64,000 nt of DNA from an uncultured delta proteobacterium (GTDB taxonomy: Bacteria; Desulfobacterota; Desulfobacteria; Desulfobacterales; UBA2156), in the NCBI GenBank assembly GCA_963736855.1, contig CAVTQK010000006.1:32001-96000 (forward strand), written 5' to 3'. The notes under the pieces were generated by a model. That model worked only from the letters and a program-made list of their open reading frames with translations. It ran no database searches and was not told the DNA's origin. Every line of letters starts with the position of its first letter. The stretch's first letter is position 1. Shown here in pieces: positions 1 through 8,853 of this stretch. The position numbers were made by a program, and so were the translations under genes.

Positions 1-1
1 T

Positions 2-515
2 CCTTGGCATCTTGAATTTTGCCTGTCTTCTTATAGACAATTCCCCTATGGAAAATAGACTGAATATAATCGGGCTTCAACTTAATTGCTTCGTTTAGAT
101 CTTTTATAGCATTGGTATATTCCTTTTTCGCATCATAGGTCATACCACGTATATAGAGCGATTTTTTATAATTTGCTTTTATCTCAATTGATTTATTCAA
201 ATCCTTGAGTGCCTCGTCGAATTTTTTCTGTTTTAACTCTGCCAACCCTTTTAAATAATATGCCATAAAGTTGTTAGGGTCGCGTTCGATTATATTTTTA
301 GCCAATTCAATTGATTTTTCGAAATTTTTTTCTTCAATCTCAACCTTGATCGCAGCGAAATCATCCTCCAATTCATCTTTTGTGCTCTTGGGTGTGCTCT
401 TCGTAACATCTTCTTTCTTCTGCTCTTCCTTAGGTGGCTCATTTTTTGAGCCGCAATCGACAAGTATAAATAGAGACGATAAGAATAAAATAAACAATGC
501 AATAGACTTTCTCAT
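2..515 (-). CDS. TPR-repeat lipoprotein (3' end runs off the window)
   Basis: ATG at 515 with GGAGG upstream. Reads MRKSIALFILFLSSLFILVDCGSK (signal peptide plus Cys), then TPR-like helices (AYYLKGLAELKQKKFDEALKDLNKSIEI; LYIRGMTYDAKKEYTNAIKDLNEAIKLKPDY). Absent from the ORF track because there is no stop in the window. Confidence 0.85.
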   Translation of the reverse strand, partial: MRKSIALFILFLSSLFILVDCGSKNEPPKEEQKKEDVTKSTPKSTKDELEDDFAAIKVEIEEKNFEKSIELAKNIIERDPNNFMAYYLKGLAELKQKKFDEALKDLNKSIEIKANYKKSLYIRGMTYDAKKEYTNAIKDLNEAIKLKPDYIQSIFHRGIVYKKTGKIQDAK

Positions 516-815
516 AGAACCTCCATCAATCAACATATAACCAATGCGTTCCAAATAATAAATAAATTTGCCGTTTAAGTATCGCCGATCCCAAATTATA
601 CATTATTTGTTGCTTTTTAAAACAAAAACATCTTCGGATATCGCAATAGATAAGAATCCGAAAGAATGTTAAAATCAAAAAGAAGCACTAAAAATTTTAT
701 TTAAGCATAGAAATCTGGCGATTTCAAGCAAGAACTGATAAACAACCGGTCCGTTCACCTTCACTTGAATCGCGAAAACATTCGGATAGCCCCTTTGATT
801 ATACATCACGTCTTA

Positions 816-844
816 TTGATTTTTCGCCTCTCATGGGCTATAAG
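816..844 (+). promoter_or_regulatory. putative sigma70 promoter
   Basis: TTGATT-17 nt-TATAAG upstream of the small Cys-rich ORF and djlA. Confidence 0.35.
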
Positions 845-883
845 CTATGTTATCGAAAATCAGACCATGACGAACTTACCCAC

Positions 884-1072
884 ATGGGCTTCATGAAAGA
901 GATCAAAAAGCCGGATAGGTGTTTTTCCTGCGGGTGCACCAAATTCTGCTGGACCCTTGAAAAAGGATGGGCCTGTCTCAGGTGTGATCCGCCGCCTCCG
1001 GGGATCCTGGGGCTTATCAAACGCGGGCGTCACCCGGAGCCCTCGGACGAGACGCCCGTAAACGAAGTCTAA
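884..1072 (+). CDS. small hypothetical Zn-ribbon-like protein (start uncertain: 833/884/893)
   Basis: CFSCGC...WACLRCDP gives two CxxC pairs; fills the gap ahead of djlA. Confidence 0.45.
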   Translation: MGFMKEIKKPDRCFSCGCTKFCWTLEKGWACLRCDPPPPGILGLIKRGRHPEPSDETPVNEV

Positions 1073-1103
1073 CCTTATAAATAGAAGAGAAGGATCCGAG
1101 CCG

Positions 1104-1859
1104 ATGGGTTGGCTTGGTAAAGTCATTGGGGGAACCATTGGATTTGCACTGGGCGGACCTCTGGGTGCTGTGGCCGGGGCGGTCTTCGGCCACGCTTTCG
1201 ATTCCGGCAAAGGAGAAGTCATCCCCGAGGAACGATTGCATCTCAACGCTTATGAAAACACCCAGCTCATCTTTTTTGTGTCGGCTTTCTCCATGCTGGC
1301 CAAGCTGGCCAAGGCCGACGGCCGGGTTTCCAAGGAAGAGGTGGACTCCATCGAAAAAATTATGCTTTACGACCTAAATTTAGACCCCCAGGGTCGGATG
1401 GCGGCCATGAACATCTTTCACACCGCCCTGAACTCTCCGGAGCCATTTGAAATTTTTGCGTCTCAGTTCTTCCGGCAGTTCAGCGGGCAGCCCCAGCTTT
1501 TAGAACTGATGATCGACATACTTTTTCGGGTCGCCGTGGCCGACGGTGTTTTAGGCCAGGCTGAGGAGGCGCTGATTCGATCCGGCTCCGCCGTCTTCGG
1601 TTTCGACGACGCTGAATTCGCCCGCCTGAAATCCCGTTACGTCCAGGTTACCCAAAAGTATTACGCAGTGCTGGGTTGCAATCCGAAAGACAGCAGCGAC
1701 GAAATCAAACGACAGTACCGGAAGCTTGTCTCGGAATATCATCCCGATAAGATCGCCTCCAAGGGACTCCCCGAGGAGTTTATGACCTTTGCCCATGAGA
1801 AGTTTCGCCAGATCCAGGAAGCCTACGAAGCCGTGAGAAAGGAGAGGGGAGTCATTTGA
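1104..1859 (+). CDS. djlA: DnaJ-like co-chaperone DjlA (TM anchor, TerB-like domain, C-terminal J domain)
   Basis: N-terminal MGWLGKVIGGTIGFALGGPLGA, AKADG motif, C-terminal J domain with HPD (YHPDK). Confidence 0.92.
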   Translation: MGWLGKVIGGTIGFALGGPLGAVAGAVFGHAFDSGKGEVIPEERLHLNAYENTQLIFFVSAFSMLAKLAKADGRVSKEEVDSIEKIMLYDLNLDPQGRMAAMNIFHTALNSPEPFEIFASQFFRQFSGQPQLLELMIDILFRVAVADGVLGQAEEALIRSGSAVFGFDDAEFARLKSRYVQVTQKYYAVLGCNPKDSSDEIKRQYRKLVSEYHPDKIASKGLPEEFMTFAHEKFRQIQEAYEAVRKERGVI

Positions 1860-2919
1860 TGCTTTTGCTTCGACGCTCTGAAGTAATCCTGAAGTAGGTT
1901 TCCGCGATGTTTTCCGGGGGCACCCACCGCTCATCTTCCGACTTGGGCAGAAGTCGTAAAGCGCCGTTTTCGCAGGTGGCTACACATACCCCGCAGCCGA
2001 TACAGCGGTCTTCATCGATTCGGGCAACGTCTTCAATAATGACGGCGTCCATCTGGCAGCGAATGACGCAGGTCCCGCATGCTGTGCAGATTTCACCGTC
2101 CACCACCGCTCGGTAACTGGAGCACACCGCCAACGCAGGTTTGTCGAGTTTTTTGAGATTTTTCAGGATCTGGCAGCAGCATCCGCAGCACATGCAGATA
2201 TTGGTGGGTTTCTTGGCATTCCCCGGCTGCAACACGAGGCCCGCATCCATCCCTTGTTTGAGGATCGACAGGGCCTCTTTTTTGGAGATGGATCGCCCCA
2301 GGCGATTTTGCTCGTAGAAATGAGCGCTTCCTCCGAAGATGAGGCAAGTCTCCAGTGGGCGGCCGCACCCCTTGCCCATCATGGCGTGTTCCTTCCGGCA
2401 GATACAGGGAGCCACCACAATTTTGGACTGTCTTTCGATGATGGTCTCAGCCGCCTCGTAGGGCATGGTTTGCATTTCTGCGCGGATGCTGGCTGATACC
2501 GGGATCACCCGAAGTTGTTTGGTCTTGGGCTTGATCCAGCTTTCCTGAAGCAGATAGGGAAGGTAGGCGTTGACATCCTCGATGAGACCCACATCCAGTG
2601 TATTGACGTGATACTCCCAGATTCCCACCATGAACTGGGCTGCCATATACAGCGGCTCCCTCCCCTTTAAGGAGCGAAGGATCAGCCCTTTTTTTGACAT
2701 GGTCGCCAGGAGTCCGGCAAAGGACCCTGAGTCGGCATGTGCCCTGGCAGCGATGGTTTCCGGGCTTTCCATATTCATCGTCAGATGGACTGCGGCCGCC
2801 GCCTCTTCCGGAGTAAAAAGCCGCTTGAGAATCCGAATCTCTAAACCCGAATCCGTGGCTGGAAATCCTCCCGGTAACGTGTTGAGGTGCTCCGCCAATC
2901 GTTTGTAAACTTCATCCAT
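1852..2919 (-). CDS. 4Fe-4S dicluster ferredoxin-domain protein
   Basis: C-terminal CTACGTCVIRC and CIGCGVCVATC; central PCICR and ICMCCGCCC motifs. Confidence 0.85.
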   Translation of the reverse strand: MDEVYKRLAEHLNTLPGGFPATDSGLEIRILKRLFTPEEAAAAVHLTMNMESPETIAARAHADSGSFAGLLATMSKKGLILRSLKGREPLYMAAQFMVGIWEYHVNTLDVGLIEDVNAYLPYLLQESWIKPKTKQLRVIPVSASIRAEMQTMPYEAAETIIERQSKIVVAPCICRKEHAMMGKGCGRPLETCLIFGGSAHFYEQNRLGRSISKKEALSILKQGMDAGLVLQPGNAKKPTNICMCCGCCCQILKNLKKLDKPALAVCSSYRAVVDGEICTACGTCVIRCQMDAVIIEDVARIDEDRCIGCGVCVATCENGALRLLPKSEDERWVPPENIAETYFRITSERRSKSIK

Positions 2920-3005
2920 GCCGTATCCTTATTTTGATCGCTTCCTGAAGACTTTTTTAAGCGAGATGTGATTCTTCTGACATGATTCCATCCATCGGTT
3001 TTAAA

Positions 3006-4331
3006 TCAAAGGATGGTCCCGAAAACCGCAAGGGAGGCGTCCACCTGTTCGATGCGGGCCGTCGCTCTCCTGCCGGGGGGCACCGTGTCGCTCTCCAGCC
3101 AGACCGGAATGTAGGTTTCACTGACCCCCTTGCAATACCCTTTCCCGAGATGGGCCTCCTTTTCCATCACAAGATCCACCCGCCTCCTTAAAGCGGCAGT
3201 GTAAAACTGTGCCCTTTTGGAACGCCCCAGTTCTCGGAGACGGCGGCACCTGGCCTTGGCCGTCCGAGAATCCACCCGGCCGCCGTAACGGGCCGCCGGA
3301 GTTCCGGGCCTTGGAGAAAAGGGAAAGACATGCAGGTATGCCAGAGGAAGGTCCTCGATGAAGGAAGCGGTCCGTTCAAAGGACGAGTCGGTTTCCCCGG
3401 GAAAGGCTACCATCACGTCTGCCCCCACGGCGGCTTCAGGCATGGCGGCAAGGATCGATCGGACGCGATCCCGATACATGTCCCGGGTATAGGGCCGCCC
3501 CATACGCTTGAGTATTTCATCGTCTCCGCTTTGAAGGGGCAAATGGAAATGAGGGCAGATGCGGGTACACATCTGTTGGGATTCAGCGGCAAAGTCGATG
3601 ACGGCATTCGTCAGCTCGTTAGGTTCAATGGAACTCAAGCGGACCCGCTCAATGGCCTGGCACGCCTCGATTTGTCGGAGAAGATCGAGCAGGCTGAAAG
3701 GCTTTTTAAAGTCACCCCCATAGCCTCCCAGATGAATCCCGGTCAAGACCACTTCCGGATATCCGGCCGCCTTCAGGTGCATCAAATGCTTCAGAACCAC
3801 TTCCGGAAGCATGCTCCGGCTGCGGCCCCTGGCATAAGGGATGATGCAGTAAGTGCAAAACGCGTTGCATCCGTCCTGGATCTTCAAATAGGGGCGCGCC
3901 CTCACATTGAAAAGGAATTTTTCAAGGAAAGGCTCTGCCGACGGTTTCAATCCAGGGAGCCCGGGTTTTTGAAAGGGGTCCTCATGATTCTCGATCATGG
4001 CCGAAACCATATCCGGGATCCGTTCCTTTTCCGACTGGCGTACTACGGCGTCCACACCCGGAATCGCCGCCATGGCATCGAAGGCAATCTGGGCGTTGCA
4101 TCCGGTAACCATGATCCGTGCGTCGGGATGGGATCGGATCATCTTCCTCACTGCCTGCCGGGATTGCATGGCCGCCTTTGACGTCACCGCGCAGGTGTTG
4201 ATGATACACAGATCTACATCATCTTTCGAACCCGACGGCACAAGCCCTAAAACCCCAAGCTCTTCCGCCAGGGATTCCGATTCGAACCGGTTGACTCGGC
4301 ATCCCAGGGTGATGATAGCAAAAGTTCTCAT
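3006..4331 (-). CDS. mtaB: tRNA (ms2t6A37) methylthiotransferase, radical SAM
   Basis: TLGCRVN and INTCAVT N-terminal motifs, KIQDGCNAFCTYC radical SAM motif, VLTGIHLG, LHVFPFSPRPGT. Confidence 0.9.
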   Translation of the reverse strand: MRTFAIITLGCRVNRFESESLAEELGVLGLVPSGSKDDVDLCIINTCAVTSKAAMQSRQAVRKMIRSHPDARIMVTGCNAQIAFDAMAAIPGVDAVVRQSEKERIPDMVSAMIENHEDPFQKPGLPGLKPSAEPFLEKFLFNVRARPYLKIQDGCNAFCTYCIIPYARGRSRSMLPEVVLKHLMHLKAAGYPEVVLTGIHLGGYGGDFKKPFSLLDLLRQIEACQAIERVRLSSIEPNELTNAVIDFAAESQQMCTRICPHFHLPLQSGDDEILKRMGRPYTRDMYRDRVRSILAAMPEAAVGADVMVAFPGETDSSFERTASFIEDLPLAYLHVFPFSPRPGTPAARYGGRVDSRTAKARCRRLRELGRSKRAQFYTAALRRRVDLVMEKEAHLGKGYCKGVSETYIPVWLESDTVPPGRRATARIEQVDASLAVFGTIL

Positions 4332-5389
4332 GCGGGGTATCTTTCGCGGAACCTGGTTTCATCGATCCATCCTCCACCGAGCACCTCTCCGTCTCGGTAG
4401 AAAACCGCTCCTTGTCCCGGGGTGACGGCCTTCTGGGGAGTTTCGAAGCGCACCGAAGCGGTATCAGCCCCGGTGATACGAATGGTGGAAACCGCTGCCT
4501 GGTGCCGGTAGCGGATCCGGGTTCTTGCCTGGAACTCGCCGGAAGGAATGTCCCCGATCCAGCAAATTTCCTCCACGGCGCAGGATGCCGAAAACGTCTC
4601 CGCCTTGTTTCCCACGATGAGACGGCCGGTGCTTCCTTCCAGGGCCAGGACATAATAGGGTTCCTTTGCCGGGCAGTTGATCCTGCGCCGCTGCCCTACG
4701 GTGAAAAGGTGAAGCCCCCGGTGCCTTCCAAGGACGTTCCCCTGCCGATCCTCGATTCTGCCCGTTTTGGGCGAAAAGCCGGGAAGGGAAGCCAAAAATT
4801 CTCCATAAGAAGATCCCTGGATGAAGCAGACATCCTGGCTTTCACTGTCGATAACCGGTACAAGCCCCCTTCTCTGTGCCAATTGTCGGACTTGCCGCTT
4901 TGAAAAATCTCCTAAAGGGAAGAAAGCCTTGGAGAGCTGTGCCTGGGTCAGGCGGGAAAGAAAATAGGACTGGTCTTTTCCGGAATCTTTTCCCTGGTAA
5001 AGATGATATCTTCCGTCAGGCCCTAACCGGACCCTTGCGTAATGGCCTGTGGCCAGATGGGTTGCTCCCAGGTTTTCGCAAAACTTGAGCAGAAAACCGA
5101 ATTTGATTTCAGGATTACAGATCAGGCACGGATTAGGTGTACTTCCGGCCCCGTAGGACTTGACAAAGTAATCGACGACCCGTTCCCGGAACGGAACGGC
5201 AAGATCCAGAAAATGCATCGGGATGCCGAGCTGAACGGCAAGCCGTTCCATTTCCGGCTTGCCGGAGCCTCCCACAAAACCGTTGGCAAAGTGTACCCCG
5301 AACACATCGAATCCCTCTTCCTTAAGCAGGGCTGCCGCCACCATGGAGTCGACGCCCCCGCTTAAAGCCACCGCAATTTTATTTTTCAC
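4328..5389 (-). CDS. mnmA: tRNA 2-thiouridylase MnmA
   Basis: SGGVDS, PNPCLICN, ATGHY, KDQSYFL, ESQDVCF, TPGQ motifs. Likely GTG start at 5389 overlaps the upstream TGA. Confidence 0.95.
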   Translation of the reverse strand: MKNKIAVALSGGVDSMVAAALLKEEGFDVFGVHFANGFVGGSGKPEMERLAVQLGIPMHFLDLAVPFRERVVDYFVKSYGAGSTPNPCLICNPEIKFGFLLKFCENLGATHLATGHYARVRLGPDGRYHLYQGKDSGKDQSYFLSRLTQAQLSKAFFPLGDFSKRQVRQLAQRRGLVPVIDSESQDVCFIQGSSYGEFLASLPGFSPKTGRIEDRQGNVLGRHRGLHLFTVGQRRRINCPAKEPYYVLALEGSTGRLIVGNKAETFSASCAVEEICWIGDIPSGEFQARTRIRYRHQAAVSTIRITGADTASVRFETPQKAVTPGQGAVFYRDGEVLGGGWIDETRFRERYPA

Positions 5390-5814
5390 TCGAAAAATAC
5401 CTGGTTCATGGGCCGGACTTCCATGGCCCGGCTCGGGCAGGCCGGTACACACAGCTCGCACACGCTGCATTTCTTCTGGTCAAAACCCACCGACATCTCC
5501 GGTCTCTGGACGTAAAGGGCGCCGGTTGGACAGACCGCGGTGCAGGCTCCGCATTGGGTGCATCTTGTACTACTGCGCTTGACCTCCTCTTCGGCATTCT
5601 GCACTTCCACCCCGCTCCGCTTGAGATACGCCACCCCTTCCTTGAAATCCTTTCTGGGTCCGGACAGCTCCATGACCATGACCCCCTCCTTACCGGGAAG
5701 GACTGAGGCATTGAGGATGTTGAAAATCAGGCCGAAATCCCGGGCCAGTTGGCATACAATGGGTTTTTGTGCTTCGGTTTTCGGAAAACGCAAAATGAGT
5801 ATTTTGGAGTACAC
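5386..5814 (-). CDS. NIL domain plus 2x[4Fe-4S] ferredoxin protein
   Basis: FNILNASV (NIL motif), CTQCGACTAVCP and CSVCELCVPACP; GTG start with GGAGG. Confidence 0.88.
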   Translation of the reverse strand: MYSKILILRFPKTEAQKPIVCQLARDFGLIFNILNASVLPGKEGVMVMELSGPRKDFKEGVAYLKRSGVEVQNAEEEVKRSSTRCTQCGACTAVCPTGALYVQRPEMSVGFDQKKCSVCELCVPACPSRAMEVRPMNQVFFE

Positions 5815-5850
5815 AGGAACCTCCTTCAAAAAAGATTAAACATGAAATAG

Positions 5851-5880
5851 ATCATAGATAAAAATGGGGCGTCGGGTCAA
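5851..5880 (-). promoter_or_regulatory. putative sigma70 promoter of the NIL-Fd/mnmA/mtaB operon
   Basis: TTGACC-18 nt-TATGAT on the minus strand. Confidence 0.45.
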
Positions 5881-6250
5881 GGATTTAAAGGGGCAAAAGG
5901 GCATCGTCGTCCTGGATATCATGGGCATCAACGGATTCGAGCTGTTGAAGGCCTCGGTCAAACGGGGATTTCCCACGGTCATGCTCACCGCCTACGCCCT
6001 TTCGCCTGAAGCCCTGGAAAAATCCATCCGCCTGGGGGCCGTCTCCTTCCTGCCCAAGGAGAAGATGTCCGAACTCCCTGACTTTCTAACGGATGTGGTT
6101 CTGGGAGAGGGAAAACCGGTTTGGCGCAAACTCTTCGACCGACTCGGCACCATTTTCGACAAGCATTTCGGTCCGGACTGGAAAAAGAAAAATCAGTTCT
6201 TGAAGGATTTCGAATCCGCTCTTCGCCGGGAAGGAAAAGAGAAAAGATAA
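5864..6250 (+). pseudogene. 5'-truncated response-regulator receiver protein
   Basis: Homology to the neighbouring receiver starts only at IVVLDIMG; the first strand/helix pairs and the acidic DD pocket are missing. Confidence 0.65.
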
Positions 6251-6294
6251 GGGACTATCAATTTATTTCGGATGCACCCCCAAAGCCGTAAACG

Positions 6295-6849
6295 CTATAT
6301 CTTATCCATAAAACGGATGTCTCGCTTGAGGCGCTCCTGGATGCCTTTACCCACCTGATAGGTGACATCGAACTCGGACCAGAACCCGCGTTCTTTTTCC
6401 CGCCATTCCGGGCCGAACCGCTCATCGAAATAGCTTCCCAGCTTTTCGAACAAAAGCTTCCAGGGAGGCTCCCCCCGTTCATAGGATGCCATCAGGTCGT
6501 TTAAAAGAACATCCAGCTCCGACATGGTTTCTTTGGGAAGATAGGAGATGGCCCCTTTCTGGATGGATTCCATCAGCACCTCCGGATTGACCGCATGGGC
6601 CGTCAGCATCACGGTCGGTATCCCCTGATCCACTGTTTCTTCCAGAAGCTTCAGACCATCGACCCCCATGATGTCCAGGATGGCAAGGTCATACTTTTTC
6701 GCTTTGATTTTTTCCAAAGCGCTCCGGTGGTCCTGGGCGGTATCCACAACGGCGTCTTCCAGGATATCCACGATGGTCTCCAGAATATCCGTTTCATCAT
6801 CGACGGCCAGAACGCGTTTGCCTTTGAGCCAGTTTTTCTTTTCCGTCAT
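6295..6849 (-). CDS. single-receiver response regulator with C-terminal extension
   Basis: VLAVDDE, LDIMG (phospho-Asp), MLTAHA, YLPK. Confidence 0.88.
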   Translation of the reverse strand: MTEKKNWLKGKRVLAVDDETDILETIVDILEDAVVDTAQDHRSALEKIKAKKYDLAILDIMGVDGLKLLEETVDQGIPTVMLTAHAVNPEVLMESIQKGAISYLPKETMSELDVLLNDLMASYERGEPPWKLLFEKLGSYFDERFGPEWREKERGFWSEFDVTYQVGKGIQERLKRDIRFMDKI

Positions 6850-6898
6850 GGGGTTCCCTCTCAATCCGCCTTATTTCCATGGCCTCCCCGGTTCTTTC

Positions 6899-8224
6899 TT
6901 AAAGAGCCGGAGCGCTGGTTTCAATGGCCTCCCAGAATCCCATGAGCTTGGGCAGCCATAACACCGCATCCTGCCAATACGTCATCAGGAATAGAACGGT
7001 AATCTGAATGATTAAAAACGGAATCACCGCCTTGGTGACATAGATGATGTCCTTGTTGGCGATGGCGCCGGTGATGTACATGCTCACTCCCACAGGCGGC
7101 GTGCAATACCCGATGGCCAGATTCACCGTCATGAGGAGCCCGAAATGCATAAAATCGATGCCGAAGGTCGGGAGAAGAGGAATGATCACGGGTCCGATGA
7201 TGAGTGTGGCGGAGATGACATCCATGAACATCCCCACGATCAAAAGGAAGATGTTCATGGCCATGAGAAACATCAAAGGCGAATGGATGTTGGCGATCAC
7301 CGCCTCGGCGATCTTCCCCGGAACGTTTTCAAAGGTGAGATAACGTCCGAAGCAGGTGGCGCCCGCCACGATGATGAGCAGGGTCGCCGAGGTCACGGCC
7401 GAACTTACGATGACTTTCTTGACCTGGTTGAATTTCATGGTTTTGTGGATGAACAGCTCCACGATGAAGGCATAGATACAGGCTACCACGGCGGCCTCGT
7501 TGGCCGTGAACATACCCCCGAAGGTCCCCACAAAGATAATCACCGGCAACATCAGGGACCAGAACCCCTCCCTGAGTATCGCCACGACCTCCCGAAAGTT
7601 TGGCACCGGCATGCGAACAATGCTTTCGTCCGTGCGGAAGATAAAAAAAGTATAAATGCACACCAGAAGCATGATCAGGATGCCGGGAATGAAACCGGTC
7701 AGAAAAAGCCCCTGCAGCGATACATTGGTGATCATGCTGTATAAAATCATGCTGATGGATGGAGGGATGATGATCCCCAGATTGGGGGATGTGGTCATGA
7801 GACCGATGGAATATTTCATGGAATACCCGTTTTTGATCAGGGACGGGATCATGAAACCACCCAATGCAACCACTGTGGCCACTGTGGACCCTGAGATGGC
7901 ACCGAAAAGTCCGCATCCCAGACATCCCGCCATCCCCAACCCCCCCGGAAGCCAGCTCACCGTGGTATTCACTACCTTGATGAGCTTTTCCACGATGGTG
8001 CCGGCGGTCATGATGTTTCCGCAAAGGATGAAAAAGAGGACCACCACCAGGGCGAAGTTGTCCATGCTCTGGTAAAAGCTCGAAACGATCATCATGGTCT
8101 GGGTATCGGGCGCAAAGAGGATGAAACCCAGGATCCCGGTGAAAAAGAGGCACATGTAGACCGGCACGTAGGCCGCCATGCCTCCCATTAACAGCAACAG
8201 GATGATGATGACACTAATATCCAT
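6899..8224 (-). CDS. dctM: TRAP transporter large permease
   Basis: Polytopic; GAISGS, IIIPPS, TANEAA, GYCTPPVG motifs. Confidence 0.93.
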   Translation of the reverse strand: MDISVIIILLLLMGGMAAYVPVYMCLFFTGILGFILFAPDTQTMMIVSSFYQSMDNFALVVVLFFILCGNIMTAGTIVEKLIKVVNTTVSWLPGGLGMAGCLGCGLFGAISGSTVATVVALGGFMIPSLIKNGYSMKYSIGLMTTSPNLGIIIPPSISMILYSMITNVSLQGLFLTGFIPGILIMLLVCIYTFFIFRTDESIVRMPVPNFREVVAILREGFWSLMLPVIIFVGTFGGMFTANEAAVVACIYAFIVELFIHKTMKFNQVKKVIVSSAVTSATLLIIVAGATCFGRYLTFENVPGKIAEAVIANIHSPLMFLMAMNIFLLIVGMFMDVISATLIIGPVIIPLLPTFGIDFMHFGLLMTVNLAIGYCTPPVGVSMYITGAIANKDIIYVTKAVIPFLIIQITVLFLMTYWQDAVLWLPKLMGFWEAIETSAPAL

Positions 8225-8256
8225 GATTAGGTGAATTCCTTTTCAGAAGGTCGGTT

Positions 8257-8769
8257 TCACGACCGGTTTTGCGCCGCCGATCTCTTGGCTCGAAATGCTT
8301 GGAGGTCTTCCCCCATGATCATCAGGGTCCGGATAAACATCAGCAATCCCATCAGGGGCAAAACCGCGTAGAGATAGGCGGTTGGAATCTCCAGAATCAG
8401 GGTCTTCTGACCGCTTACAACCTGAAGTTCCGCCAAAAGGTAGCCGAAGTAGATCATAACAACGGAAAAAAGAAGCGTGACGACATGACTGAAAATTGCC
8501 AGCGGATGTTTTAAAACCGGGACCAACTGCACCAGGGCGTCGATGCGGATGGTGGACCGGTTCTTTACGGCCACGCTGCACCCGATGAAGGTCGTATAGA
8601 GGATGACTTCCCGGACGAGTTCTTCACTCCACGCCAGGGAATAGTTGAATCCATACCGCATGACCACGTTGATAAAAAGGGAGACCATGGCCACCAGAAC
8701 GGTGATAAAAAGTGTCCATTCTTCAAAGAAAGTCAGGATCTTATCGAGAATCGCAAACGATTTTGCCAT
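8257..8769 (-). CDS. dctQ: TRAP transporter small permease
   Basis: 4 TM segments, VVMRY...WSEELVR, IRID. Confidence 0.9.
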   Translation of the reverse strand: MAKSFAILDKILTFFEEWTLFITVLVAMVSLFINVVMRYGFNYSLAWSEELVREVILYTTFIGCSVAVKNRSTIRIDALVQLVPVLKHPLAIFSHVVTLLFSVVMIYFGYLLAELQVVSGQKTLILEIPTAYLYAVLPLMGLLMFIRTLMIMGEDLQAFRAKRSAAQNRS

Positions 8770-8808
8770 CTCATCATCCCCAGGGTCAAAAAGGTGCGCT
8801 TTGGAAAG

Positions 8809-8826
8809 GGGGGGCTTGCGCCCCCC
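8809..8826 (-). terminator. stable hairpin between dctP and dctQ (partial terminator or mRNA stabiliser)
   Basis: GGGGGGC-GCAA-GCCCCCC followed by CTTT on the minus strand. Confidence 0.6.
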
Positions 8827-8853
8827 GTTAACTCAACCTCGGGTTATCAGGCT

